A program made the translations under genes and the position numbers. Of a DNA stretch of 64,000 bases, positions 51,183-63,203 are shown piece by piece. How positions within the stretch are numbered: the first letter of the stretch is position 1; each line of letters opens with the position of its first letter. This DNA comes from Amoebophrya sp. A120 (Eukaryota; Protista; Dinoflagellata). Below the pieces are notes generated by a model. It was not told the origin of the DNA. It saw nothing but the letters and a program-made list of their open reading frames with translations, and did no database searches. The stretch spans positions 1,629,984 through 1,693,983 of the forward strand of contig CAJINV010000014.1 in the NCBI GenBank assembly GCA_905178155.1, written 5' to 3'.

Positions 51183-54100
51183 TCATCCGCCTATCACCAT
51201 TCTCGCCTTCTGATGCAGGCTCATCGGGACATTTTTCTCCGTGGCGTTCACCGTCAGTTCAAACTTCCCCTCCACTGCGGCAGTCAACTCGACGGACAAC
51301 GTGGCCAAAGTGTTCCCGATCAGCTGCTGCAACACTTTCCCGCAGGTGATCGGGTGCGTCACGCACTCTTGCAGCAAAATTTGGCCCCAAATCGGATCTG
51401 ACGTCGCGTTTTTCTTCGCTGGGATGTACCAACCGGCTGAGGTCGCGTTCACGAAGGACACGTTGACGCTCCCGAACAGGAGGTCCTGGGTGTCCCCCAC
51501 ATACACCAAGCCGTACGCATTCTTCACTACCAGCGCCGAAGAGAACGTGTTTTCTATCGTCAGTAACGCCTGCAACTTCAGGAAAATGACCTGCGGACCT
51601 AAGAGAACTTGAATCCAGGAGAGCAAATTTTTCTCATGCCCGGGAACGGAAACCGAGATATCGGTGAGTTTTTTCGTGACCGGTTGCAGGAAGGTGAGAT
51701 TTTGCCACAGTTTCTCGTAGGCGCCGCAGGCGAAGGCGTTGGTCACGGTTCTGTTGCTCAGGTGCATGCCAAGCATCTTTTCGAGGACCGGGGTAATCAC
51801 GTCTTTGGATCTTGTTGATAGTGGCTTGCTATTGCTATTTCCATTCGAAATAATACCTCCAATGTTGGAGGCCGAGGCGGAGGCCGCCGGAAGCGCTGTC
51901 GCTGAAGGTGGAGGCAATCTACTCCGGTGATACTCCGACGCCGCAGCGGCCGGAGCTTCTGCAAAAGCCGACGTGGACGAGGGAAGAAGTTGACCGCCCT
52001 CAGCTCCTGTGTGGTCAGCAGAAACAGGCCCACTTAAGGTCGTGGGTGTCGGAGGCAGGAACATCCTCGGAATAGACTGTAGCTGCAGAGCTTGCGCTGG
52101 TCCTCCCGTTTCCAGTACTCCTGTGTTCTGCAGTGCTGTTTTGACCAGGTTCTGCACGTGGTCACGCAGCATGAGATTTCGATTTTCATGACCTTGTTGA
52201 TAAACGTCGAAGCCGGGTCGTGGAGCTGTGATGCTCCTCATGCTAGCGCTAGGTCGTGTTCTCTCGTCGACGCCGTGTGGCCACGTTCCATTCGATCTTT
52301 TGTCCACGACAATATTGCCCCGGATCCTGTTCAGTGACCAACTCTTCAATCCGACCTCGTACGCCTGCACGGTGCCCAGCGAGACACTTCCGTCTTTCAA
52401 CGGATAGTCCTCATTCGTCACGATCAAATGCGCGGGGAGAAACCCGAGTTTCGCAGACAGCGGCGTTTGGTTCTCCAATTCGATGGTCGCCGCGACGTTC
52501 ACGTTGTGCTCATCAGTGAACTCGGGCAGGATGTCGATGTCTTTCACTTTGATCCCCCCATTCCCCGCGAACCGGTTCCACCCCTGAATTTTTGTTTGCA
52601 CGAGAAGCGGAATGCTGTGCAGCTGCCACTTGCTGCTCAAGCAGGAGCTCATGGTGGCGGACCCGACGCCGCCCAACTCCAACTCGACAGATTTCTCGTT
52701 GTAGATGCTGTAGATGAGATTGTTGAACGCCGTGACGTTCTGCAGTTGCACCTTCGAGGACGGCATTTTTATCTTCAGGACCCCGCTATGATCGGTTTTG
52801 TTTGGAAGGTACTCGATTTTCGTCAGGGGCATTTCCGCGACCGCGTTGACCGCGTCCGATTTCAGCCGCACCGTCATGTTCGCGCCGAGGTTGGTGATGG
52901 CGTAGTCGAACTTGGCGAAGGGAATTTTGAAGTTGATTTGCAACTCTCCAAAAGCGGACAAGTTGTCCACCCCACCCGGCACGTTGAACCCGATTTCGGT
53001 TATGTTCACGCCCTGCACAAACTCGCGCCCGTTCACCTTTGTTAAGCCCGTGGAACTCGTCATGGATTCTACGAGTTTTGAAAACCAGGGAATTTTATAC
53101 TCCGGGTCTTTTCCTATTTTCGCCGCAGTTTCGTTGTAAAAGGTGATCGAATATCCTGTGCAAAAGTATCGTACGGCACTCGTATTGCAATCATGCATTA
53201 CTTTTTTCTTGAGGTAAATCAGCATTACAAATTTTATTTCTCGCGCTGAGGAAATTTGTCATGCATTTATACGAGCAGTGCGATGCTTTTGCGCTGCATA
53301 TCGAAACGCCCTTCGCATCGAGGAAGACCTTGCTTTCGCTCGGATCAGCGTCTAGCTGGTGGCCTGCTGGTCCTTGAAGTTGTTGTCCTGCACCTGACGT
53401 GCTTCTTCGCGGGGGCAACGCACGGGCTTGGCTATGCATCTTTTCTGCGTCGGGGTCGGCCACAAGATTAAGGTCTGCCTCGTGATGACGATCATCACTC
53501 GAAGATGAAGCAATACCCCCTCCAGGAGTGCTACTAGTCGTCTCCTTACCAGTCCCGTTCACAAACTCGGCTAGAAAATCCGCCGCGACGTCTAGATTTT
53601 CCGGGTTGAAGATTCCGGTCACGGTCACGTTCTTGGTGATACCGGGGGTCAGGGTGAAGTTCTCCAATTCCACATAAGACATGGACGTATTCTTGTACAA
53701 GCACTGCAGCTTCAGCTTGTATCCGAGCGCCAAGGTGTAATTCGTTGGGTTGTTGATGTCCGCGGAGGCTTTCACGGAGAGCACCTTTTTTTTCTTTTTC
53801 TTGCTCCTCGTCCCCCGACTTGAACTTGTTGATGCTGAGCTAGAACTTGTTGCACTTGTATCATCTTCCCCATCATTATCCACAGAAAAAAACCCAACCA
53901 CATCCATTTTTTGCATGACAAGCACATGATTTTATACGTGTTTTGCATGACAAATTGGATGTGGATGGTTTTTTTTCTGTGGATAATCATCGATCTCTAC
54001 CTCCCCGGGCAACTCGAAGGTTTTCAAATCGATCACGTTTTTCAAGTGATTCAGCCCGACAAGCTCCACAGTTTGGTCGATATGGAAGCGCCAGGATCGA

Positions 54101-56298
54101 AATCGTCAGAGTTGAAATAACTTGTATATGCATAAAATACATGACGCGAAGCGCGTGTGTTGCAGAGCAGGCAGCAGAGGCCGATTGAGAGCCTGTTTGG
54201 GGCTAGAGCTCGAGCTGCTAAAGCAGCATGAAAGAATCAATCTCCTTTGCCTCAAGAGCATTACAGACTGGATTTAGGCACCGCCAAAATTTGTCATGCG
54301 CCACTTGGAAACTGGGCTCCATATGGTATCCATTCTATACATGGCAAATCATTTCAACTTTGTCGATTTCGATCCTGACAGTTCCATAGTCGAACGCGAC
54401 ACCGTAATTCACCCAGCCGTTGAACTTTTTTACTCTCGTATCACGAGAAAAAAGTGTTACAGTCACACATTTGCTGGAGTTTCTGCATCACAAATTTCCT
54501 CTGTGTGGCAAGGAAAGCTTGTAATGCGAAGACCATAAGGGAAAACAGGAAGGAGACGAGGCTCCCAAGCATTTCCTGCATGAGAAAGGTTATCTGTGTT
54601 GCCGGTCTTGCAACACAATGTGTAACTGTAACACTTTTTTCTTCCGATATCTCGTCGCCCCGGTGACCCGGATTTTCAGTCGTTTCGAGGCCAAAAGCAA
54701 CGCGCCGAGTTTCACCATGTTCTCCTGGTTGGTAATCGTGAAGTTGGATTCCACTGGAACCTCGATTGCCCCCGGGCCGCCGGAGAGGTAGATGGACGGC
54801 TGTTGAAACGTACCGATGGCGTCGCTTTCGTCCTTGTCGTCTTTTGGCGTGGTTGTCCTCCTGTTTATCTTTTCCGATAATTGCTGCGAGCTCCCGCGTT
54901 CGTTCCTCGCAAGCCGCATGGTCACTTCAAATCCGTCCAGCGTCGCGGACTATCAAATGTAAAAATGTCTGGGTCTGGAAGATTGCCAGGTTTGTCATGA
55001 ACATTTTGCATGACTCCTGATGTCTGTGATGCATGCCCTAGCATCACAGATTTTGTGAGGGTTCCCAATGCCTACACCGCATGACAAATGCTCTTTCCGT
55101 GTAGCAAAACTTGGACTCTCCTTGTTGCTCATGCAATACAGACTTTTTTGGAATCCAAAATCAGCATGACAAGTTGGATTCTTCCAGACCCAGACATTTT
55201 TACAGTTGATACGGACAAGCCACTGACAGAGGGGTGCAGTTGCATCACAGACGCGAGCTTCATCGTGGTCAGCGAGGGGGAGGTCAACGACATGCTGAGG
55301 ATGGAAACGCTAGACCGGTTCACCACCTGCTGAATCCCGAGCGGGATAAACAAAACGACGGAGAGGAGCGCGAGGATGCAGAGGATGCTGGAGATTAGTA
55401 GATAATTTTGCACTTCGATGATTTTCACTTCCCTTCTCGGTCGAGTCTGTGAAGAAGTGCTAGAGGATGTAGTTGAACTAGAACCGTCCTCCTGGTGTTC
55501 TTGTCCCTCTGCGGTAGTTGTACTACCGCCGACCCGACTTTTTCTGAAACCGAAGCAGGTCCTCTTCCTCCCGTCGTACAGTGTCCAGGTTGTGTAGCGG
55601 AAACACCAACAGCGGTTTTTGTTGTACTCAGCGATCCGCTGCCTGTAGTGGTAGGCTTCGGATTGCGTATAGTGCGGGCCGGGATTTGTGGTGACTGTTG
55701 GCGCAGCAGCAGCTGAGGTGCCAGTCGGTGCACTGGACACAACACTGTTTAACGCGGTTCTTGTGACTACACCTACCGCATCGTCTACTTCGAGTCGCTG
55801 CTCTTGCTGTTCGAGGCTCTGCATATTGGGGTCCGTGGCTGTCTTGTTTGATGTTGTACTCGGACCGATTACAACAGCGTTATTCTTCCTCAGTTCAGCA
55901 CTTCTCGAACAGCTGATCGCCTCGTTGCTGGTCACGTTGTTTGCCAAAATGCTTGTGGACGTGGTTTTAATTGCCTGCATACTAAGCAAATCAAGATTTA
56001 CGTCGGAGGAGGAAGTCGGCGCAGTCGTTCCTGCTTGCTGGAAATCAACCTCAGACGGCATTTTCGAGGTCTCCCGCAAGGCTTGTAGATCTCCTTCCTT
56101 CAGATCATGGCCGTTCTCGTGGCTATCGCGAGCGACAGCGGAAATAGTTGTCGTGGTGGTTGCAGCACTGGTAGTGGTACTAGGTGAGGGTTGTGGCAGC
56201 TGCTCTCCTGTTCTTTCATCTGCTTCCGGTTCCGCGCCCGCGGGCGGCTTCTTCGTCATTTGTCGACGATCTGATGAGGACTTTGACTTCGGGGACAT
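51183..56298 (-). CDS. Membrane-anchored protein with repeated DUF3712/LEA_2-like beta domains; six exons separated by five introners
   Basis: A single TM (LLISSILCILALLSVVLFIPLGIQ) is followed by repeats such as VELVGLNHLK..FELPG, INNPTNYTLALG, LENQTPLSAKLG and IENTFSSAL. All exons join in frame. Confidence 0.75.
53152..53300. mobile_element. Introner, TSD TCGAA
   Basis: TATCCTGTGCAAAAGTATCG ... CGATGCTTTTGCGCTGCATA; perfect TSD; frame restored. Confidence 0.85.
53877..53985. mobile_element. Introner, TSD ATCAT
   Basis: TATCCACAGAAAAAAA ... TTTTTTTCTGTGGATA; perfect TSD; frame restored. Confidence 0.88.
54081..54388. mobile_element. Introner, family B, TSD GTCGA
   Basis: TATGGAAGCGCCAGGATCGAAATCG ... 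CGATTTCGATCCTGACAGTTCCATA; perfect TSD; frame restored. Confidence 0.9.
54439..54649. mobile_element. Introner, TSD TCTCG
   Basis: TATC..GAAAAAAGTGTTACAGT ... ACTGTAACACTTTTTTC..GATA; perfect TSD; frame restored. Confidence 0.9.
54951..55211. mobile_element. Introner, family A, TSD CGGAC; predicted minus-strand intron 55212-54950 GT-AG
   Basis: 32-bp TIR with one mismatch; perfect TSD; frame restored. Interior resembles 47872-48133 in inverted orientation. Confidence 0.92.
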
Positions 56299-57951
56299 GA
56301 TTTGTTAGAAAACGACAAATCAACACGAATATGTTGGATACGGAACAAAAATTCGGTTACGAGTATGATCAAGTTCTGACTTCTGCATTAAAGCTTTTGT
56401 CTTCAAGGTTACGAGCGTTTTGGATCATTCTGATGCTCACGGGAAAGGAAGTGCGATGCATATTTTTCGACGATCTAGTCAAGAGAATCCACTCCGTGCT
56501 GTACAAACGAATATTATTCGTTTGTACAGCACGGAGCGGAACGAAAGACAATGAACAAGAAAGGAGCATGATAAAGAAGCTATCGACAACAACGACGACA
56601 CGCAATGACACAACGAACCCGGCCAAACACCACGGAAAGCAAATTATGAACTGAGACCAGAACGAACTGAGAAGGAAAGACGAGAGGTATCGCTGAACAA
56701 ATGTCACGATCATGGCAGTTGCCGACAGAGCGGCGACTCTCATGCAAGAAGCAGGCCATGGCTCCTCGCACTTTCGTGGAATCTTCTAAATGCTTCCGCT
56801 ATTCTTGTTTTCGTTTAAGAGGTCAAGTTCTGTTCTTTAGTAGTGGTCTCGTGGTGGAGTACTGGTGCAGCGGCTCCGTTTGTTATTAACTTCAAAACGT
56901 CAAGTAGTGTGTTGACGCTTCCGATGTAGTTGCACTGCTAATAATTCCACTGTAGTACATCTTCATGTATACTAGGATAAGCCAACATCATACAAGGAAG
57001 CATAGGGGGTGTTCTAAATTGAGAACTACGGGCTTCTGGAGTCAGCAGCAAGAGCAGGTCATTGGTGTGAAAGGAAAACTACATTTTGTTCTCCAAAAGA
57101 CCAGAACGGCTCGTGCACTTGTTGCTTTCATCACATCCTTTGTCTTTCAGTTTCATTCTAGGAAAAAATAAAGCAGGTCCTGGTTACGACAAGAAGGGGG
57201 AGAGCTTTGTACTCGACTAATCCATGATAATAACAACAGAGAGGGGTCTTTCTCTCTTTTCCTGGGGAGGTCTTTTTACGAAGGGTTTCTCAATCAAACG
57301 TAATTCCAGATCCCGTCGTGCGAAGCTCTGACCGAGAGGACCGTCAGAAAAATGCATCAAACCAAGTTACTATTCGACCGACCTGAATTTTTCAGTTCTC
57401 GGATCGCGGCCGACTGTCGTGATCTATGATCATACTGTTAATACTGCTGCCTCCAGTTTTTTTTCCATTGGCGTGAGTGAGTTTTCTCATAATTTTTCGT
57501 CATTTATTTCAAAGATGAAGCACGGCTACTCTCGTTTGAGTAATTGGTGATGAACCGATCGAAATTACCAATATTCATGTTGACCGACACAATCACGACG
57601 TTCAAAACTTCTTCCCCCATCTTGGTCTCTTGGTTACGCTCCCGAATTCTTTGTGTGCTCCTGCTCGTGCCTTTATCGCCTTTTCAGGCGAACAACTTCT
57701 AGTGATTTGATATGTCTCAGACAGCAGAGTACTAACCAGTAAAGATGTTTCTTTTACTACAACACAACATTATGTTCAAACAACTACATGTAGTGAGTTT
57801 TGTCGTCGTGATGTGCGGACTCAGATCTCGTCATCATCGTCAAGTGCGTCGGCGTTGCTTGCGTCTCGCTATCCATGGCAAAAGTATTACGCTATGCGTG
57901 GCGGAAATGGCACTCCAAGTTTGCGCAGCATGATTGTACAAAAGTTGTAGA

Positions 57952-60900
57952 TCATCTGTCATGCATGGTCATGGGTTCAATTTTTATTTTTCCTACCAGT
58001 GTGCGTCGTGATACTTTTGCCGAGGATAGTACTCCCCCGGCCGCTCCTGATGTAACGCTCGGAACACCAAGTGGCGGCTTCGTTATTTCCACAGGCTTGG
58101 CGTTGGTAGCAGTACTCGAGGCCGCTAGTACTTGCTGAGCTTGTTTCCACTCCGGAAGTTTTGCAAAGTACTCTTCCAGGGCTGGTTTTGGTAGTATTTT
58201 ATGAAGAACTTTTTGGTCCTCCGTTGTCGTTGCAGGTTTTGAGCAGGTGTAATATGAAGCGGATGCTGAGAAAAGCTTGACAAGCCCCAGCAGCGGTGCG
58301 GCAATGGAAGTAGTACCGGAAGAAGAACCTCCCGCGACTTGTTCTTGCTGGTTCAGCAGTTCCCAGTTTGGACTTTTTTCTCTGCGGAGCCACTTGAAAT
58401 CTTTCACGTCGGACCACATGTTCACTTTTGCAGACGGTGTAGTACTGTGCGTCGTCGAAGTGTCTTCAGAGTTGTCGTTTTTATTTACGTCAACTTCGAC
58501 ATAAGGTGCGAAGAGCATTTCCGTGCAGTCTTCGATGATCGGCCCAGAGTGGATATTCACCGCGAACAGCGTCTTTTTCGAAGTGTGTATCCGAAGCTGT
58601 TGCAGGTTTGGAAAGAGCAGAATTGAATTTTCCACGTCATGGAGCAAGCAGCTACCTCGGATCCTGTCCGTCTTCACGACGCAGTTCTGCAAGCCGCGCA
58701 CCTAAGTGTCAGGTTTATATTTTTCTTCTTGCAGGAGCGATATCTTCTAAGATGAGCATCGTGCTGCGTTTGTACGTACGGAACGAAACTGTAGTTCGAA
58801 GTAATTACGACCTCAGCAACCTTCTTTACTGATGTAGAAAAGTAGGTACCAATTTATCTGGTACGTGCAGAGTAGAAAAGTAGCATACAATTTATCTGGT
58901 AGAAAAGTAGCATACAAGTAGAAACCAATTTATCTGGTACGTGCAGAACGCCCGTCGTTCCTTCCAATCGCACAACGCAATAGCATATACTTTGCAAATG
59001 TGTCTGGTTCCGGAATAGTGAAGAGCTGAGGTTCATCTACTTGTGATGCTCCGTTAGAATCAACATAAAGGGTTGAAATTCATCATCTGTCTTGCTTGTT
59101 TTGGTTTGCTACAGAAATCAATAGCAAAATGCTTTTCGTGTTCGTGGTCTTCCACATCCAAGAGAGGCATGACAAACATGCTCGCTGCTCCCCTCGAGGA
59201 CCCAGACACTTTTGCTGTGGATATCGGCCAAGTCGCAAAGTTCCACGTCTGCCTCTTCCTCGATATGCAATGCAAAAGTTGCCGCGTGCAGGTAGCATAA
59301 ATCGCATGACAAATATATTTTTCCAAATGTAAATGCTGACAACTCAGGTTACAGAAGAAATCACTTCTCATGCAACAAGATTGCAGTCGCTACGAGTGGT
59401 GCGGTAAAAACTTTGCAATGCATACTGGACCTTGATCGACACATCTTCCCCGGTTCTTTTTTGGACGATAACCGATTTCGTATCCACCTCGAGAAGGGGA
59501 TTCGGTTTCGAGGTGCATATTGAAGACGGGTCCTGCTGTACGACCTCCTGTCTGCTTTTTTTGCCCGCTTCAGTTTGTGGTCCTGTCTCCACCGTCGAGA
59601 GATGTGGCGGAGTTTCAACAAGAACTACATCGGCATGTTTTTTCCGCACGAATTTAAACTTCTCACACGGTCGCTTACTCCGTACCTGCAACATATGGGA
59701 GTGTCAGGATTGAAATCGACAAAATCGAAAAACTTGCGATGCACAAAATCGATGCACGTTACACCCACAGTTTGTAGTCGGCGCATGACAAATTTCCCAC
59801 GTCCTGGAAGCGAGTCTGTCATGCAGTTTAGGGCAAAAGCCCTCCCCTCTGTCATGCTAGCCACCAACCCAATTCGTGACCCTTAGCAGGGCTACAATCT
59901 GCCTCCTTTGCGTCCTCTGCAATAGAGTCACTTTTTGTGTCGCATTTTCTGCATGACAGTTTATTTCGACTTTGTCGATTTCGATCCTGACGCTTCCATA
60001 CAGCAGCAAAATATGGCGGGATGTTCAGGGCGGGGAATAAATTCATCAAAATTTTTAATCGCAAACATTCGAGGACTGTTTTCAGTTAAGCTCGCCATTT
60101 TCATGTAAACGCACATGACACTGTTTTTGCTGAGGACAACATGCAGAGCGCATCCGTCAAGCTCCTCGGAGCTTTCAAAAGAGGCTGCTCGCATAGCATG
60201 CTAGCTCCTCTTCAGCTGGTGCAGCGTCATCCTTGCCTCTAGACAGGCCGCTACCGCTTACACCTCGACACGACCTCATTCGAATCTGCCTGCTCATAGT
60301 GCAGATGCCCTCCGAGGTGCGACGGGTTTGTGCGCAGTACAATTTCTACTTCACGCGAGGCATGCTACATTTCATTTTCACGACGCGTTCCCACCTGACA
60401 TTCTCATACAGTGCCCGAGCTCGTCTGGAGTGCCGCTCAAATTCGTATTTGCCGAGCAGATTCTGTTTCTTACGCGATATTGCAGAAGTCACGGTTCTTG
60501 TAGTGGTACTTGGATTTGTAGCATCGTCGTTACAGAAATCTTCCCCGGAAGACATGATCATGGTCTGCAACTCCAAAATTCGTATCCTGTGCAAACGTTG
60601 ACGTACTATCGCAGTACTAGTGGTAAAAAGTGCATCATGACAAGAATTTCCTTCCACCTCAGCATGCAAAATGTTGGAATTCGAAATGCCGAATGATCTG
60701 GCACTAGGCCGCGTCCAGAAGCGAGATCTTCGGCGCACCATGATTGCCATTACTACGAGTACGAGTACGCTACAACTTTTGCAATGCGTAATTCGTTTCT
60801 CCAGGGAATCGATGTCGTTTCTTTTCACTCTTTTGGACAGAACGGCTTCGATTATGCTTCGCAAATATGTCATCAAGGGGTCTGGATTTGTGATGCGAGA

Positions 60901-61330
60901 TGTGAACGGAGGGCGGCAATTTATGACCATGTATGCGATTGGCCAGTTTATTTTTTGTCGTGCTGGAACTTCCAGCATGGAAGTCATTTTGTCGGGCGTC
61001 TTGCGCATGAATCTGCAACAAGCTTCGAAAAATCGAAATTCCTCATGCTTTTTGTGAGTTTCCCCGTACATCTACGCAAGCATTTATTCTTCATCTGCGA
61101 TGCGAGCTTCACCAGCAAGGCAAAATTATTCCAGATAATTCAGGTCTATATTTGCAGCGCATACCGATGTCGTCCAGTTCAGTTTGCAGGTTGAAAGCTT
61201 GAGTAGGGCCAGTACTTGCAGTCGTCGTCGTCCTCGTCGCCGGCGAGGATTGCGTGGGGAGATCAACTCGGACCAGGTTCGAGGGACCGCCGGTTGTACT
61301 TGCCGGAAGCACGGAGACCACGTCGGGCAT
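57952..61330 (-). CDS. TBCC: Tubulin-specific chaperone C (TBCC), multi-exon; 5' part approximate
   Basis: C-terminal TBCC domain GSCLLHDVENS...QQLRIHTSK...HSGPIIEDCTEMLFAPY...NMWSDVKDFKWLRREKSPNW; KFKF motif upstream. The start at 61330 is inferred. Confidence 0.85.
59694..60000. mobile_element. Introner, family B, TSD CAACA/CAGCA
   Basis: TATGGGAGTGTCAGGATTGAAATCGACAAA ... TTTGTCGATTTCGATCCTGACGCTTCCATA. Frame across it not fully resolved. Confidence 0.88.
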
Positions 61331-61988
61331 GTTTAGAAGATCGTCTTCTACTATAACAGGCTCAGCTGCACAAATTAAAGAACTTTTAAAAATCTCGACT
61401 AGCTGCGAAAACCTACCTCAAAAGCTATCTCCTGTTGTATTTAGTGCGATGATTAGCTAGCTAGTTGAAAAGTCGTGGGCTGCCTCGTCGCGGATGCGCG
61501 GAGGACTTCGCACAAGAGAAAATGAGCATCGTCAACCCGAACCCCAACCAGCCCTACCGCTAACTGATGGCCCGGGACATGGGCGCGAGCACCGTTTTGT
61601 GAAGCCCGGCTGGGTCGTATACCTCCCTGAAGTTTTTCTGTTCTAAAAGCAGCAGTCTGCCGCTCTCCCCTTGAAGAAAAGGAGAAAAAGAGTAGCACTC
61701 CTTGCGCGTTTTGTAGCTCCCCGGCCCTATGTCCGCATGATGTGCGGAACTCTAGGCGTGCGCTTTTTGCCCAAGAGGAGCTCAACCAAAAAGAAGGGCC
61801 CTTTTAGGCCTGCGCTAGGGGATCCCCCCTCGGGACCCCCCTAGTGAATCAAGGAGCAAATCGCCGTAGCGCGGGGATTGGCCTCAGGAAAGGGGCAAAA
61901 GAGTGCAGGGGAAATTCGAGGGACCGCCGGTTCTACTTGCCGGAAGCACGGAGACCACGTCGGGCATGTTTAGAAGATCGTCTTCTAC
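61278..61988. mobile_element. ~560-bp insert flanked by a 74-bp direct duplication
   Basis: 61278-61351 matches 61915-61988 (1 mismatch); the insert has a GC hairpin at ~61815-61844. Confidence 0.7.
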
Positions 61989-63203
61989 AAAAAAAAATGT
62001 AGTCACACAACAACGAATATGTTTTTCCACAGAACAAGAGAACAACTACGCCTACTCCCAACACAGAATTCTTCTAACGTTTTTTCGTATATTGATATTC
62101 GTAAAAGTTCATCCGCATGACCAGCACGCAGGACTACATGGTATGTATCAAAAGGCGAAGATTTAACGTATCGATCTTTGACGTCTCAAGGATGTTGACA
62201 AAACTGCATGCAGAGTTCAGAGTCAACCTAAATTCCAGGCCGACGACGTTCATCCCCTGCGCCATGCAAGAGGATGACGATGAGGTTGAAGGCGGTGCCT
62301 TTGGCAGGATCGCAACACTTGCTCTTCATAGAAGCAATCAATTTATATTTTTTCTTCATAGAAGCGATCTTCACCTGGTTTCGTTTCTAGCTACTCTTGT
62401 TTTCTCTTACCGCATACTAAAAATAATCATCCTTATTTTCTGAGAAAAACAAATTAACAGGCTAAAACTAAGTACTTCCTGCAGCACTCAGCCCAGGTAC
62501 AACCAGTAGAACAATCGAAGTCCAACAACAATTCTGCTTCTCGTCGTCGGTTCAATTTTTTCCAAAGAACAATGATACGCGGACGTGGCGCTGGCAAACC
62601 GAAACCAATCAGCGAAGCTGGAAAATTTAATCTTCCACGACCTGGCATAATATCATCTACCTTTGTGCCAGGAATCTATGGCCCGCCTCTTGTTTTACAA
62701 TCTATCATCTACTGCGGCATCTGTTTTATTAGTGCCCGTTGTGTCCCCTTGTTTTTCGTTTTCCAAAGAAAAAAAAAAGGGTGTGCTTTCTATTAAAGAT
62801 GAAACGCTACTGGTGCGCTACGGTCTGCAGTTTCAAGTTCTGCAGCGTCCAATTGACAAAGAAATTTCCAATTGATATAATAGGAACATATATCACCACC
62901 TCACAGTCAAAAGACTTCGCTTATTCGGGTGCGGCAAAATCGCATTCCATGACAATTTTCGTCGTCGTCTCTGTGTGCGTTTCGTAAAGTCAGCGTGAAG
63001 AAGACCGCAGGCAAGTGTAGATAAAGTCGGCTTCACCTAGGTTGCTGAAATTTGTCTATTGTGCGTCCACGTGTATGTGGACGGTAAAAATTACTTCGCT
63101 TTGTAAAATCAATGTCGCCTCCTGCAGAAGAAGTTCCTAAAATAAAATCGACTCTTTCTTTTTCCTCAACAGCAAAATTGTTGTCCAGAACATTAACAGG
63201 TAC

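Noticed and set aside
58986-59223. Family A-like introner in TBCC (also 20538-20867 and 38469-38649 elsewhere)
   Set aside because: TIR remnants are visible but the TSD or one terminus is degenerate, so these were left out of the geometry tally.
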